Below are positions 11,389-22,564 of a stretch of DNA of 64,000 nucleotides, one piece after another. The stretch's first letter is position 1; each line of letters starts with the position of its first letter. Source of the DNA: Nitrosospira sp. (GTDB taxonomy: Bacteria; Pseudomonadota; Gammaproteobacteria; Burkholderiales; Nitrosomonadaceae); contig JAYSQR010000038.1 of assembly GCA_043721435.1 (NCBI GenBank), forward strand, positions 7,629-71,628, written 5' to 3'. The position numbers were made by a program, and so were the translations under genes. The notes below the pieces were generated by a model. The model had not been told where the DNA came from. It worked only from the letters and a program-made list of their open reading frames with translations, and did no database searches.

Positions 11389-11984
11389 TCCGTATCAACC
11401 TGCTACCTCACCGTGAACTCAAGCGCAAGGCGAGACAGCAGCAAATCGCTGTGCTGGCCGGAATGACATTCATACTGGGACTCGTAATTGTTGCTGCTGT
11501 CCATGTTGCGATCGTTGGGCAAATCGAATACCAGAATGGGCGCAACAACTACATGAAAGAGCAGATTGTCATCCTCGATAAGCAAATTGAAGAGATCAAG
11601 AAAATCAAGGGGCTAACAGATGCGCTGTTGGCGCGCAAGAAAGTGGTCGAGACTTTGCAGGACGACCGGGTTGAAGTGGTGCATTTGCTGGATCAGTTGG
11701 TGCGACTGCTTCCAGACGGAGTCTATCTCAGTAGCATCAAGCAGACCAACCATGACATCAATCTGGCAGGGTATGCCCAGTCCAGCTCACGGGTGTCGGT
11801 TCTGATGCGCAATCTGGAATCGTCCCCCTGGCTGGAAGCGCCATCATTGATTGAAATCAAGGTTGCCACGATGAATAACGCCCGCCTCAACGAGTTCAAT
11901 CTTAATGTAAAGCTGTCCGGGAATGCCGATGACAAGATTCCGTCTGCGGATTTGGCAAAACCTGTAGAAAAGCCAACAAATTAA
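11385..11984 (+). CDS. pilN: type IV pilus inner-membrane component PilN
   Basis: MIRINLLPHRE N-terminus, a single TM, 4-nt overlap with pilM. Confidence 0.88.
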   Translation: MIRINLLPHRELKRKARQQQIAVLAGMTFILGLVIVAAVHVAIVGQIEYQNGRNNYMKEQIVILDKQIEEIKKIKGLTDALLARKKVVETLQDDRVEVVHLLDQLVRLLPDGVYLSSIKQTNHDINLAGYAQSSSRVSVLMRNLESSPWLEAPSLIEIKVATMNNARLNEFNLNVKLSGNADDKIPSADLAKPVEKPTN

Positions 11985-11990
11985 ATCGCC

Positions 11991-12626
11991 ATGAGCCTAT
12001 CCGAAGAAATAAGACTACTCAATCCCCGTGATCCGGGCGGCTGGCCTGCGAGCATAAAAACTGGCGCCCTCGCCACGTTGCTGATGGCGATCATTGCTGT
12101 AGGCGGTATGCTGGATTGGCAGGGGCAGTGGGAAATTCTGGATCGAGCCAAGACAGAAGAAACGGAACTGAAAGAGGCCTATCTGGCAAAGAGAAGGAAT
12201 GCAGCCAATCTAGATATCTTGCGACAGCAATTGCAGGACATCGAACAGTCTCTCAGTACCTTGTTGAAACAATTGCCGAGCAAGTCCGAAATGGATGCAC
12301 TGCTGATAGACATCAATCAGGCAGGGCTGGGACGTGGCTTGCAGTTTGAGCTGTTCAGGCCGGCGGCCAGCGAGACCATGTCAGAGTTCTACGCCGAGCT
12401 GCCCATCACGGTTCGTGTCACCGGCAGCTACCACGACATTGGTGCATTTGCCAGCGACATTGCGCAGTTACCGCGTATCGTAACGCTAAACAATATAAGC
12501 GTTGCTCCCGGCACTAAAGGAGACTTGGTGCTGGATGCCACGGCCAAAACGTTTCGCTACCTCGATGAGGAAGAGGTGGCAAAGCAGAAAAAGGTTGCGG
12601 CACTGGCGGCCGAGGGCAAAAAATGA
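11991..12626 (+). CDS. pilO: type IV pilus inner-membrane component PilO
   Basis: Position in the operon; TM, coiled coil and ferredoxin-like C-terminus (ELPITVRVTGSYHDIGAFASDIAQLPRIVTL). Confidence 0.88.
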   Translation: MSLSEEIRLLNPRDPGGWPASIKTGALATLLMAIIAVGGMLDWQGQWEILDRAKTEETELKEAYLAKRRNAANLDILRQQLQDIEQSLSTLLKQLPSKSEMDALLIDINQAGLGRGLQFELFRPAASETMSEFYAELPITVRVTGSYHDIGAFASDIAQLPRIVTLNNISVAPGTKGDLVLDATAKTFRYLDEEEVAKQKKVAALAAEGKK

Positions 12627-13150
12627 TGCGGCAATCTCATCTGCTGCCGCTGCTGATTTCATTAGCGCTATCTGCTTGCGCTGAGAGTACCTATAGCGAT
12701 CTGGATCAATTCATCAGGGATTCCGGCAAAGATCTGCATGGCAAGGTGGTTTCGCCACCCGTAATCAAGCCCTATGAGCACTATCCCTATGACGCATTCG
12801 ACATTCCCGATCCATTCAAGCCGCGCAAGAGCGAGTCGATGAAAAGTGGCGGCGGTGGACTTCAGCCAGACCTGAAGCGACGCAAGGACCTGTTGGAAAG
12901 TTTCCCGCTGGAGAGCCTGAAAATGGTTGGCTCGCTGCAACAAAATAAGGTGATCTACGCGCTGATCAGAGCGCCGGACAATACCCTCCACCGGGTCAGA
13001 GTGGGTAGCTATCTGGGTCAGGACTTCGGGCTGATAACCGCAGTCTCGGAATCCGAGATCAGGCTCAAAGAGATCGTGCAAGACAACACCGGTGACTGGG
13101 CAGAACGTGTCAGCACCCTAATACTGGAAGATCAGGAGCGAAGTCAATGA
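12623..13150 (+). CDS. pilP: type IV pilus lipoprotein PilP
   Basis: Lipobox LALSAC, a small beta-domain C-terminus, 4-nt overlaps on both sides. Confidence 0.85.
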   Translation: MMRQSHLLPLLISLALSACAESTYSDLDQFIRDSGKDLHGKVVSPPVIKPYEHYPYDAFDIPDPFKPRKSESMKSGGGGLQPDLKRRKDLLESFPLESLKMVGSLQQNKVIYALIRAPDNTLHRVRVGSYLGQDFGLITAVSESEIRLKEIVQDNTGDWAERVSTLILEDQERSQ

Positions 13151-15282
13151 ACACACCGACTGTTATGAATCGTTATGCGTGGCTGGGATGCACCTTGTTA
13201 TTGGCCATGCTTCCACCCGCAAGCGCGGCTGACACGGAACCGGCTGCTGCTGCGCAATATAATATTGAAGACATCAGTGTTTCCGCCGCTCAAGGCAATT
13301 TGACAATGGTCAAGGTGACAATGAATCAGCCGCTGACTGCCCCTCCCGTGGGCATTTCCCTGAGCAATTCAGACTCGGCACGGATTTATTTCGATTTCCT
13401 CAACACGTCCAATGCACTGGGCAAGAATATCCTGAAAATTGACGAGGGGGGGGTGCGCAGTTTCAATATTGTGCAGGTTGGAGGCCGTACCCGGCTGGTA
13501 ATGAATTTGTCTCGACCGATGAATTATGTCGCTGCAATTGAAGATAAAGTAGTTTTAATCACTTTGCGGAATGTGGTCGCTGAACCTACAGCGAGCGCGA
13601 CCACACATTTTGCCGAAGTCAAACCCGACAGGCCGCAGCTCCTCAGTTTACGGGATGTGGAGTTTCGCCGTGGCGCCGACGGTGAAGGACTGGTACAGGT
13701 GGATTTGTCGGATGCCGGTATCGGAATTGATGTGCGCCAGCAGGGGAAAAATATCGTAGTCGAATTCATCAGGGTATCCCTGCCGCGTAATCTGGAGCGG
13801 CGGCTAGATGTAGTGGATTTCGCCACGCCGGTACAAACCATCGAAACCCTCACGCATGGGGAAAACGTACGCATGGTAATTGAATCCAAGGGGCTATGGG
13901 AACACTCGGCTTATCAGACGGACACCAAATTCATTCTGAAAGTGAAGCCGGTGGCAGAGGATCCCGACAGACTCGCGAATGGAAAATCCGGCCGTGGAGG
14001 TTTCAAGGGCGACAGGCTGTCGCTTAATTTTCAGAACGTGGATGTGCGCGCAGTGCTGCAGGTGATCGCTGATTTTACCGGACTCAATATCATCACCAGC
14101 GACACAGTTACCGGCAATCTTACGCTGCGGTTGAAGGATGTCCCATGGGATCAGGCATTGGATATCATGCTTCAGGCCAAAGGATTGGGCCAGCGCCAGG
14201 TCGGCAACGTCATTCTGATTGCGCCACGCGATGAAATTGCCACCAAGGAGAAGCTTGACTTGGAGTTCCTTCAGCAGATTTCCGATCTGGAGCCGATCCA
14301 CACCGAAAGTTTCCAGATGAGTTACCAGAAGGCCGACGTGATCAGAACGATGTTGGCTGATCCGGTGCAGAAGATGCTGAGCAAGCGTGGTAGCGTAGCA
14401 ATGGATGCCCGCACCAACACCTTGTTCGTGCGAGATACACCCACGCAACTGGAAGAGTTGCGCAAACTACTCGTAAAAATCGATATCCCCGTGCGGCAGG
14501 TGATGATCGAGGCACGTATCGTGGAAGCGATTGATACATTCAGCCGCAACCTTGGCGCCCGCTTCGGTGTTCAGAGTAACAGCGCCGGCGGCCTTGGAGT
14601 TTCCGGCACACAGGCGGGTTCCAGCGCCTTGGCCACTGGCGGCTCCCCGAGCGGCTCAACTTTGTTTAACAACGTCAACATGCCCGCACTCGGTGCTGCA
14701 GGTGCCGCTGCCGCATTGGGCGGGCCGTTTACGCTGGGCCTCAGCCTGATCAAAATCAATAACGGCACCCTGGTCAACCTGGAGTTGTCCGCACTGGAGA
14801 CTGATGGCAGAGGCAAAGTCATTGCCAGTCCGCGGATAGTGACTGCCGATCAGGTTGAGGCCACCATTGAACAGGGTGCGCGCATCCCCTTCCAGCAGGC
14901 GACCAGCAGCGGCGCCACCAGCGTTGTTTTCAGGGATGCAACGCTGCGCCTCAGAGTCACGCCGCAGATTACACCCGACAACAATGTCATCATGAACCTG
15001 AACGTCAACCAGGACAGCATCGGAGCGCTTACAGCCACCGGTGTGCCGACCATCAATACCAAGCAAATTACCACGCAGGTACTGGTGGAGAATGGCGGGA
15101 CGGTAGTCATTGGCGGCATTTTCTCCCGGGACGAAAATAATTTGACCAACAGGGTGCCGCTGCTGGGGGATATTCCGTTGCTTGGAAACGTGTTCAGGAA
15201 TAACGCAAGAAGGGACAATAAAACGGAACTGCTGATTTTTGTTACTCCGCGCATATTGAAAGACAGCCTTAATATGCGCTGA
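13147..15282 (+). CDS. pilQ: type IV pilus secretin PilQ
   Basis: AMIN-like N-terminal repeats, secretin N domains, and a C-terminal secretin core (GGTVVIGGIF...VPLLGDIPLLGNVFR). Confidence 0.94.
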   Translation: MNTPTVMNRYAWLGCTLLLAMLPPASAADTEPAAAAQYNIEDISVSAAQGNLTMVKVTMNQPLTAPPVGISLSNSDSARIYFDFLNTSNALGKNILKIDEGGVRSFNIVQVGGRTRLVMNLSRPMNYVAAIEDKVVLITLRNVVAEPTASATTHFAEVKPDRPQLLSLRDVEFRRGADGEGLVQVDLSDAGIGIDVRQQGKNIVVEFIRVSLPRNLERRLDVVDFATPVQTIETLTHGENVRMVIESKGLWEHSAYQTDTKFILKVKPVAEDPDRLANGKSGRGGFKGDRLSLNFQNVDVRAVLQVIADFTGLNIITSDTVTGNLTLRLKDVPWDQALDIMLQAKGLGQRQVGNVILIAPRDEIATKEKLDLEFLQQISDLEPIHTESFQMSYQKADVIRTMLADPVQKMLSKRGSVAMDARTNTLFVRDTPTQLEELRKLLVKIDIPVRQVMIEARIVEAIDTFSRNLGARFGVQSNSAGGLGVSGTQAGSSALATGGSPSGSTLFNNVNMPALGAAGAAAALGGPFTLGLSLIKINNGTLVNLELSALETDGRGKVIASPRIVTADQVEATIEQGARIPFQQATSSGATSVVFRDATLRLRVTPQITPDNNVIMNLNVNQDSIGALTATGVPTINTKQITTQVLVENGGTVVIGGIFSRDENNLTNRVPLLGDIPLLGNVFRNNARRDNKTELLIFVTPRILKDSLNMR

Positions 15283-15369
15283 CCACGGAGAATTTCTCCA
15301 GCCTCGGCAAAGCCCGCTACGGTTTTTTGTGTTTACGCGGATGCAGGCATTTCCGCTACAATTGCCCGA

Positions 15370-15966
15370 ATGAATTCAGCTAAAGCGACAACGATGCCAG
15401 ACCATGCTGCAGCAGAAGCGGGCGGAAATATTTTTCTGGTGGGCATGATGGGCGCGGGGAAAACCACCATCGGCAAGTCTTTGGCCAGCCATCTGGATAA
15501 AACATTTTTTGATTCGGATCGTGAAATTCAGAAACGTACCGGAGTCGGCATACCGGTAATTTTTGAAATTGAAGGAGAGGCCGGTTTTCGCAAGCGCGAG
15601 ACGGAAATGCTACGGGAACTGGTGAAATTAAAGAATATTGTGCTGGCCACAGGGGGTGGTGCAATATTAAGTGCGGAAAATCACGAGTTGTTAAGGCGTA
15701 ATGGTACCGTAGTCTATCTGCGAGCCACAGTGGATGATCTGTGGCGGCGTACCCGGCACGACAAGAGTCGGCCACTGCTGCAGACCCCGAATCCCCATGC
15801 CAAGCTGGCTGAGCTCTATGCGCAACGTGATCCACTTTACTGTGAAATAGCGCATATCGTTGTTGAAAGCGGAACGCAGAGTACTCGTCAACTGACTCAA
15901 TCACTCGCACAGCAGCTAACGGGTGCTGATTTGAACATAGACGGGACTTATTCAGAGGTTCCTTGA
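15370..15966 (+). CDS. aroK: shikimate kinase
   Basis: Walker A motif [12 protein letters not shown], and the conserved pilQ-aroK-aroB order. Confidence 0.92.
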   Translation: MNSAKATTMPDHAAAEAGGNIFLVGMMGAGKTTIGKSLASHLDKTFFDSDREIQKRTGVGIPVIFEIEGEAGFRKRETEMLRELVKLKNIVLATGGGAILSAENHELLRRNGTVVYLRATVDDLWRRTRHDKSRPLLQTPNPHAKLAELYAQRDPLYCEIAHIVVESGTQSTRQLTQSLAQQLTGADLNIDGTYSEVP

Positions 15967-16015
15967 TCCACCTTGGCAGTCTTGTTGCAACACCCATGAA
16001 ATTCATACGAATACC

Positions 16016-17116
16016 ATGCAAACCATTACGGTAGAGCTTGCCTCCGCAGCAAACGAGCGTAGTTACCCGATACTTATCGGCGCTGGCATATTGGATCAGC
16101 CCGACCTTATTCTGCCCTACCTGCCGCAGAAGCGGGTTGCTATCGTCACCAACACCACGGTGGCGCCGCTTTACCTGGAACGATTGCGTATGGGGCTGGA
16201 AAGCCATGGGGTAGCGGCTATCTCCATCGTCCTTCCCGACGGCGAGGAACACAAGAACTGGCAAACATTAAATCTTATTTTCGATGCGCTACTGTCAAAC
16301 CGCTGTGAACGCAACACTACGGTCATCGCGCTGGGCGGTGGAGTCATCGGCGATCTGGCCGGATTCGCCGCCGCAACTTATCTGCGTGGGGTGCCGTTCA
16401 TTCAAGTTCCAACCACGTTGCTGGCACAGGTAGATTCTTCGGTGGGCGGCAAGACCGGCATCAACCATCCGCTCGGCAAGAACATGATCGGCGCTTTTTA
16501 TCAGCCGCGCGTGGTGCTGGCAGACAGCGCGACGCTCGGCACCTTGCCCGAGAGAGAATTGCGTGCAGGCATTGCGGAGATCATCAAGTATGGATTGATC
16601 CGGGATCCCGCCTTTTTTGAGTGGCTGGAGCAGAATATGACCCAGTTGCTGGCACGTGATCGTAGCGTGCTGAACGAGGCAATTCGACGGAGTTGCGAGA
16701 ATAAGGCAGAAGTTGTCGCAGCTGACGAACGCGAAAGTGGTGTAAGGGCGCTGCTCAATCTTGGCCATACCTTTGCCCATGCCATCGAAAATGGCATGGG
16801 CTACGGCGTGTGGCTGCACGGCGAAGCGGTGGCAGCAGGCACGCTGCTGGCTGCAGAATTGTCACAGCGCATGCACATGATCAGTACAGCCGAAGTCGGG
16901 CGCATCCGCAAGATTTACTTGCAGGCTGGACTTCCTGTTGTCGCGCCCGATCTTGGCGTGGAAAAGTACCTGCACCTGATGGGAATGGACAAAAAAGTCG
17001 AAGGCGGGAAAATGCGTTTTGTTCTCCTCAAACGCATTGGTGAAGCTGTGATTCATGCCGAGGTACCCGCGGCCGTATTAACCGGCACTCTGGTGGAATG
17101 CATTGTTAATGCATAA
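16016..17116 (+). CDS. aroB: 3-dehydroquinate synthase
   Basis: [45 protein letters not shown] is the canonical DHQS nucleotide/metal region. Confidence 0.95.
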   Translation: MQTITVELASAANERSYPILIGAGILDQPDLILPYLPQKRVAIVTNTTVAPLYLERLRMGLESHGVAAISIVLPDGEEHKNWQTLNLIFDALLSNRCERNTTVIALGGGVIGDLAGFAAATYLRGVPFIQVPTTLLAQVDSSVGGKTGINHPLGKNMIGAFYQPRVVLADSATLGTLPERELRAGIAEIIKYGLIRDPAFFEWLEQNMTQLLARDRSVLNEAIRRSCENKAEVVAADERESGVRALLNLGHTFAHAIENGMGYGVWLHGEAVAAGTLLAAELSQRMHMISTAEVGRIRKIYLQAGLPVVAPDLGVEKYLHLMGMDKKVEGGKMRFVLLKRIGEAVIHAEVPAAVLTGTLVECIVNA

Positions 17117-18230
17117 GTTCGCGCCTTACGCAGTATCGTCGGCAAATTCACGCGGCCGTCGTGTGCAGGAGGAATTCCCGTCCGGGCGCAGTGAATTCCA
17201 GCGCGACCGTGATCGCATCATTCATTCCACCGCATTCCGCCGGCTTGAATACAAAACCCAGGTTTTCGTCAATCATGAAGGCGACCTGTTCCGTACCCGT
17301 CTGACCCACAGCCTGGAAGTGGCGCAAATCGGCCGCTCTGTCGCGCGCAATCTGCATCTTAATGAAGATCTGGTTGAAGCCATTGCCCTGGCGCATGACC
17401 TGGGGCATACGCCATTCGGTCACGCCGGGCAGGATGCGCTGAACGACTGCATGAAAAACCATGGCGGCTTTGAACACAATCTGCAATCCCTGCGCGTGGT
17501 TGATGTGCTGGAAGAGCGTTACGGCGCGTTTGACGGTCTGAATCTGTGCTTCGAAACCCGTGAAGGCATACTTAAACACTGCGCGAAGAAAAATGCCAGA
17601 AAACTCGGGGACGTGGGCGAGCGCTTTCTCTCCAATCAAAGGCCGTCACTGGAAGCGCAACTCGCCAATCTGGCCGATGAAATCGCCTATAACAATCATG
17701 ACGTGGACGATGGCCTGCGTTCTGGCCTCATCGCTCAGGAGCAACTGGAGCAAGTCGGCATATTTTCGCGGCATCTGGCGATGGTGAGAAAACTTTATCC
17801 TGAGATCTCGGGACGGCGTCTGGTTCATGAAACCGTGCGGCGCATGATCAACACCCTGGTGGCGGATCTGATCAGACAAAGTGCGGCCAGCATCACTGCC
17901 GCCCGGCTGGAAGACTTGCCTGCGGTGCGAATGGCCCCGCTACTGATCGGTTTCAGTGAGAAAATCAGGTTGGAACAGCAGGAGTTGAAGAAATTCCTGC
18001 GCAACCATCTTTACCGGCACTATCAGGTGGCGCGCATGAGCAACAAAGCGCGGCATACCATCGAAATGCTGTTCAATGCATTTAGCTTGGATACCCGTTT
18101 GCTTCCGTCAGAGCACCAGATCAAATACCAGCAGGACGGGCATCAGGCCATCGCCGACTACATCGCCGGCATGACTGATCGCTACGCAATCCGGGAATAC
18201 CGGCGGCTGTTCGCCATCGAGGAAAGCTGA
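17109..18230 (+). CDS. dGTP triphosphohydrolase-like HD-domain protein
   Basis: [34 protein letters not shown], and [11 protein letters not shown] (HD domain). I prefer the ATG at 17109; the ORF-track start at 17103 is a TTG. Confidence 0.88.
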   Translation: MHKFAPYAVSSANSRGRRVQEEFPSGRSEFQRDRDRIIHSTAFRRLEYKTQVFVNHEGDLFRTRLTHSLEVAQIGRSVARNLHLNEDLVEAIALAHDLGHTPFGHAGQDALNDCMKNHGGFEHNLQSLRVVDVLEERYGAFDGLNLCFETREGILKHCAKKNARKLGDVGERFLSNQRPSLEAQLANLADEIAYNNHDVDDGLRSGLIAQEQLEQVGIFSRHLAMVRKLYPEISGRRLVHETVRRMINTLVADLIRQSAASITAARLEDLPAVRMAPLLIGFSEKIRLEQQELKKFLRNHLYRHYQVARMSNKARHTIEMLFNAFSLDTRLLPSEHQIKYQQDGHQAIADYIAGMTDRYAIREYRRLFAIEES

Positions 18231-18358
18231 TTAAAAAATGGCTCAGCCATATTCAGATCGGTCGCTGTGGCACTGCTTCTGGACGACGCGCACTGTGTAC
18301 GCAGAAGCCAATCGCTGGTAGTATCTGGTTGAATTTATGCGATTGAGTGGGCTTGCAA

Positions 18359-19423
18359 ATGACAAAACTAAAAAACGATACGCTGATACGTGCGCTGCTG
18401 CGCCAACCCACTGAATATACTCCGGTATGGCTGATGCGTCAGGCTGGGCGCTATCTCCCCGAATATAACCAGACTCGTGCCCGTGCCGGCGATTTTCTTT
18501 CGCTGTGCAAGAATCCCGATTTCGCCACGGAAGTCACCATGCAGCCGCTGGCACGATTTCCACTGGATGCGGCGATACTGTTTTCCGACATCCTCACCAT
18601 TCCGGATGCGATGGGGCTGGGGCTTTACTTCGCCGAAGGCGAGGGTCCCAAGTTCGAGCGGCCGTTGCGTGAGGAGTGGGAAATTCGCGCGCTGACAGTG
18701 CCCGATCCTGCCGTGCATTTACGCTATGTGATGGACGCGGTCGCACAAATTCGTAAGACGCTGGATAACCAAGTGCCGCTGATCGGTTTTTCCGGCAGTC
18801 CATTTACGCTTGCCTGCTATATGGTGGAAGGCTGCGGCGGTACTGATTTCCGGCAAATCAAAACCATGCTTTACCAGCGCCCCGATCTGCTGCACCACAT
18901 TCTCAACATCAATGCCCAGGCTGTCATTGCTTATCTCAACGCGCAGATTGAATCCGGTGCTCAGGCAGTGATGATTTTTGATACTTGGGGCGGAGCGTTA
19001 TCGCATAACGCCTATCAGGAATTTTCCTTGCGCTACATGAGCCAGATACTGGCCGGAATAACGCGTGAGCATGGCGGCGTGCGTATCCCCGCCGTTGTTT
19101 TCACCAAGGGCGGCGGACTGTGGCTGGAAAGCATTGCCAACAGCGGGTGTGATGCGGTGGGACTCGACTGGACCGTGGATATCGCGGAAGCGCGGCGGCG
19201 CATCGGCCACAAGGTTGCGCTGCAAGGCAATCTCGATCCGGCAGTATTGTTCGCGGCGCCGGAAGTTATTATTGCCGAAACAGAAAAAATTCTTGCCGGC
19301 TATGGCAACGGCAGCGGCCATGTGTTCAATCTGGGACACGGCATTTCCCAGTTTACGCCGCCGGAGAGCGCCCTGACCCTGGCGGAAGCGGTACATGCCC
19401 TGAGCCGTAAATATCACCAGTGA
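18359..19423 (+). CDS. hemE: uroporphyrinogen decarboxylase
   Basis: [15 protein letters not shown] signature. The ATG at 18359 gives 354 aa. The ORF track starts 4 codons earlier at a GTG. Confidence 0.95.
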   Translation: MTKLKNDTLIRALLRQPTEYTPVWLMRQAGRYLPEYNQTRARAGDFLSLCKNPDFATEVTMQPLARFPLDAAILFSDILTIPDAMGLGLYFAEGEGPKFERPLREEWEIRALTVPDPAVHLRYVMDAVAQIRKTLDNQVPLIGFSGSPFTLACYMVEGCGGTDFRQIKTMLYQRPDLLHHILNINAQAVIAYLNAQIESGAQAVMIFDTWGGALSHNAYQEFSLRYMSQILAGITREHGGVRIPAVVFTKGGGLWLESIANSGCDAVGLDWTVDIAEARRRIGHKVALQGNLDPAVLFAAPEVIIAETEKILAGYGNGSGHVFNLGHGISQFTPPESALTLAEAVHALSRKYHQ

Positions 19424-19501
19424 TCAGTTTGATGGGGTACTTCTAACAATCCGGATTTCAGCGCGGCACTTCTTTGTAATGTTTCAGCAGGACACCCATC
19501 C

Positions 19502-20185
19502 GTGCATATACTCATAATCGAAGACGATCCCACGATCGCTACCAATCTCTACGATTTTCTGGAAGCCCGCGGACACTGTGTCGATGCGGCCGCTGACGGT
19601 ATCACCGGCCTGCATCTCGCGATCACACAGCACTTTGACGGTATTCTGCTTGATCTCGGTCTGCCGGGCATGGACGGCATCACATTGTGCCGCAAGCTAC
19701 GGCAGGAAGCGCATCTCGACACGCCGGTACTGATGTTGACCGCGCGCGACACGCTGGAGGACAAGCTGAAAGGTTTCGAACATGGGGCTGATGACTATCT
19801 GGTCAAACCGTTTGCATTAAGAGAAGTTGAAGCGCGTCTGGTTGCAATGCACAAACGCCATAGTGGCAAGGTCACCAGTCGCACATTGGAAACCGGCGAT
19901 CTGTCATTCGACCCCAAAACGATGTCGGTCAATTTCACCGGTGCAGGGGTCAAATTGCCGCCGAAATGCATTCGCCTGCTTGCACTCATGATGGGCGAGC
20001 CCGGCCGCGTATTCAGCCGGAAAGAACTCGAGTCGGGAGTGTGGGGGGATGCGCAGGGAACCAGCGATACCCTGCGCAGTCATATGCACGAACTGCGCCG
20101 CGCACTGATCCGGGTTGGCGGCTACGATCCGATCGAGACCGTCCACGGTCTCGGTTACCGCCTGATTACTCGTGCTCGAGCTTAA
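19502..20185 (+). CDS. OmpR-family response regulator
   Basis: Receiver domain (ILIIEDD...LLDLGLPGMDG...DDYLVKPF) plus a winged-helix C-terminus (VHGLGYRL). GTG start. Confidence 0.9.
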   Translation: MHILIIEDDPTIATNLYDFLEARGHCVDAAADGITGLHLAITQHFDGILLDLGLPGMDGITLCRKLRQEAHLDTPVLMLTARDTLEDKLKGFEHGADDYLVKPFALREVEARLVAMHKRHSGKVTSRTLETGDLSFDPKTMSVNFTGAGVKLPPKCIRLLALMMGEPGRVFSRKELESGVWGDAQGTSDTLRSHMHELRRALIRVGGYDPIETVHGLGYRLITRARA

Positions 20186-21440
20186 GCGCGGCCTGCGCCT
20201 GCGCATTGCGCTGGCGTTCGCAATCTTCTGCATATTCGTCGTCGGCACCCTGGGCATCAGCCTTTATGTCGCTTCCGGCGATATCGAAGAGGCGCACATT
20301 GAGCAGGTCATTGAAATGGAGATGGACCACCTCATTGAGCGCTATCGTCAGCAGCCTGATTTTATTCCCCAAGCGGGCTCCAACCTCGAAGAATACATCT
20401 TGCGCGACCATGCTGAGGAATTGCGGCTGCCGGGTTACCTGCAGGGTCTTAACCAAAGGCGGCACATGGTATTTCGTGGTCCACAGGAAGTCCGGGTCGC
20501 GGTACGGCACGTCGATGGCGTCAAATTTCTTGTTGCGTACGAAATCGGGCTGCATGAGCAGCGCAAGCAGGAGTTCGGGCTGCTGATCGGGTTGTCGCTG
20601 ATCTCGCTGGTTGGCGTAGCACTGGTGGTGGGATACCTGCTCGCCGGATTGCTCGTCAGAGAAGTCGCCGATCTTGCCGAGCAGGTAAGGAATCTTGCGC
20701 CCGGCAATGTGCAGGGCGTGACGCTGACACAGCCAGGGATGGATGAAGAAGTGGCGCAGCTGGCACGCGCACTGGATGATTACCAGAGCCGTATCAGGCG
20801 CATGTTGCAGCGTGAACAGGAGTTCACCGCCAATGTGAGCCATGAAATGCGCACCCCGATCACCACGATTCTGACGAGCTGCGAGTTGCTGGCGACCGAG
20901 CCGAACATGTCCGAAAAGGTGCGCACCCGCATCGGCATGATCGAAGCGGCAGCGACCCGCATGGGCGAACAATTGCAGGCTTTGCTGTTTCTTGCCCGCG
21001 AACAGGCGCTGGGTGTCACGGAACCGGTTGCAATCGCGGAATGCGTGTACGATGCGGCCGAGCCGTTACGCCCGGAAATCGCGCGCAAACACCTCGACTT
21101 CGAGGTGGCAGTGGAGCCGGACGCCGTCCTCACACTCAACCGGCAAGCGCTGCACACCGCCCTGGTGAACCTGCTGCGCAATGCCGTGCAATATACCGCA
21201 CACGGTTCTGTGCGGGTGAAATTCAGCGGACGCCAACTCACGATCTCCGACTCGGGTATCGGTATCGAACCCTCTTACCTGCCTTTCCTGTTCGAACGTT
21301 TTTTCCGAGGCTCGACCCAAGGTGAAGGCTTGGGGATCGGGCTAGCCATCGTCAAGCGCATTTGCGATCACTACGGCTGGCGCATCGAAGTCGACAGTAC
21401 GCCCGGGCAGGGTGCAACCTTCCATATCACCTTTCCCTGA
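20172..21440 (+). CDS. sensor histidine kinase (HAMP + HisKA + HATPase)
   Basis: Two TM segments, H-box FTANVSHEMRTPIT, N-box LLRNAVQYT, and G-boxes DSGIGI / GLGIGLAIV. Overlaps the regulator gene by 14 nt. Confidence 0.9.
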   Translation: MLELKRGLRLRIALAFAIFCIFVVGTLGISLYVASGDIEEAHIEQVIEMEMDHLIERYRQQPDFIPQAGSNLEEYILRDHAEELRLPGYLQGLNQRRHMVFRGPQEVRVAVRHVDGVKFLVAYEIGLHEQRKQEFGLLIGLSLISLVGVALVVGYLLAGLLVREVADLAEQVRNLAPGNVQGVTLTQPGMDEEVAQLARALDDYQSRIRRMLQREQEFTANVSHEMRTPITTILTSCELLATEPNMSEKVRTRIGMIEAAATRMGEQLQALLFLAREQALGVTEPVAIAECVYDAAEPLRPEIARKHLDFEVAVEPDAVLTLNRQALHTALVNLLRNAVQYTAHGSVRVKFSGRQLTISDSGIGIEPSYLPFLFERFFRGSTQGEGLGIGLAIVKRICDHYGWRIEVDSTPGQGATFHITFP

Positions 21441-21465
21441 CCATAAGTACCGCAAGCCTCACAAA

Positions 21466-21497
21466 TTCATCACATCTAAAAGATGTTTTCTTCACAT
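21466..21497 (+). promoter_or_regulatory. direct repeat pair upstream of the sbtA-like gene (candidate response-regulator site)
   Basis: TTCATCACAT (21466-21475) and TTCTTCACAT (21488-21497) are 9/10 identical with starts 22 bp apart. They flank the small palindrome ACATCTAAAAGATGT and lie 65-95 nt upstream of the ATG at 21562. Confidence 0.3.
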
Positions 21498-21561
21498 TTG
21501 CTGTGCTAACTTGCTGCACTCGTATAGCTAGTAGAAAACCAATCAAATAGGGAGATGACGT

Positions 21562-22515
21562 ATGCCAACCGTGCAACCAGTAGTACTGTTTTTCATCTTG
21601 GGCGTTTTGGCCGGGGTATTGAAATCCGACCTCAAGATTCCTGAGGCTTTATACAAAAGCATGAGTCTCTTCCTGTTGATCGCGATCGGTCTCAAGGGCG
21701 GGGTGTCGATGGCCAAGTACGAAATCATGGAGGTGCTGCCCATTGCCCTGTCCATGGTGGTGCTCGCGGCACTGGTTCCGCTGTGTGCCTACCCCATATT
21801 GAAGCATATAGGTAAATTCAACCAGGCTGACTCGGGAGCCATCGCCGCCCACTACGGTTCGGTGAGCGCGGTGACCTTCGCCGTGGGCCTTGCCTTCCTG
21901 GAAGGAATAGGGGAGACGTCCGAGGGTTACATGGTACTGATCATGGCGCTGATGGAGATACCGGCGCTGGTAACCGGCACGATCCTGGCGCGGCGCGGTG
22001 CCGGAGGCGAAACCGCGTGGGGCAAACTGATGCACGAGATCCTAACCGGCACCAGTATTTTCCTGATGGTGGGCGGGGTCATCATCGGTTACTACGCCGG
22101 CATGGTGAAATTAGTCTCGCCGCTGGACAAGATGTTCATGGACTTGTTCATGGGGGTGCTGGCTTTCTTCCTGCTGGAGATGGGCCTGTTGGCATCGGCG
22201 CGGCTGTCGGCAATTAAGAAAAAAGGGCCGTTCCTGCTTGTGTTCGGTATCGCATTCCCGTTAGTAGCCGGGGTGTTGGGCGCCTTCCTGGGCAGCGCAT
22301 TCGGCCTGTCGCTGGGCGGCACCACGATGCTCGCCGTACTGTACGCCAGTTGCTCCTACATCGCGGCTCCCGCAGCCATGCGCATTGCAGTGCCGGATGC
22401 GGATCCTGCGGTATCGATCGGCGCTTCGCTCGGGGTGACCTTCCCATTTAACATATTTATCGGCGTGCCGATTTACTATGAAATGGCGAAATTTTTCGTC
22501 GGCGCTCCAGCATAG
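21562..22515 (+). CDS. sbtA: SbtA-family (sodium-dependent bicarbonate transporter-like) permease, short form
   Basis: Blocks align by eye to Synechocystis SbtA. These are LKIPEALYKSMSLFLLIAIGLKGG, HYGSVSAVTFA, MEIPALVTG, and SLGGTTMLAVLYASCSYIAAPAAMRIAVPDADPAVSIGASLG. About 10 TM, with only a short central loop. Confidence 0.8.
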   Translation: MPTVQPVVLFFILGVLAGVLKSDLKIPEALYKSMSLFLLIAIGLKGGVSMAKYEIMEVLPIALSMVVLAALVPLCAYPILKHIGKFNQADSGAIAAHYGSVSAVTFAVGLAFLEGIGETSEGYMVLIMALMEIPALVTGTILARRGAGGETAWGKLMHEILTGTSIFLMVGGVIIGYYAGMVKLVSPLDKMFMDLFMGVLAFFLLEMGLLASARLSAIKKKGPFLLVFGIAFPLVAGVLGAFLGSAFGLSLGGTTMLAVLYASCSYIAAPAAMRIAVPDADPAVSIGASLGVTFPFNIFIGVPIYYEMAKFFVGAPA

Positions 22516-22564
22516 AACGGACAGATTCCAACTCAATCAATATTGATCATTTTCAGGGGAAGTT

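Noticed and set aside
15380-16264. 294-aa ORF on the minus strand spanning aroK and the start of aroB
   Set aside because: It is antisense to two well-supported genes and crosses their intergenic spacer. No recognisable domain.
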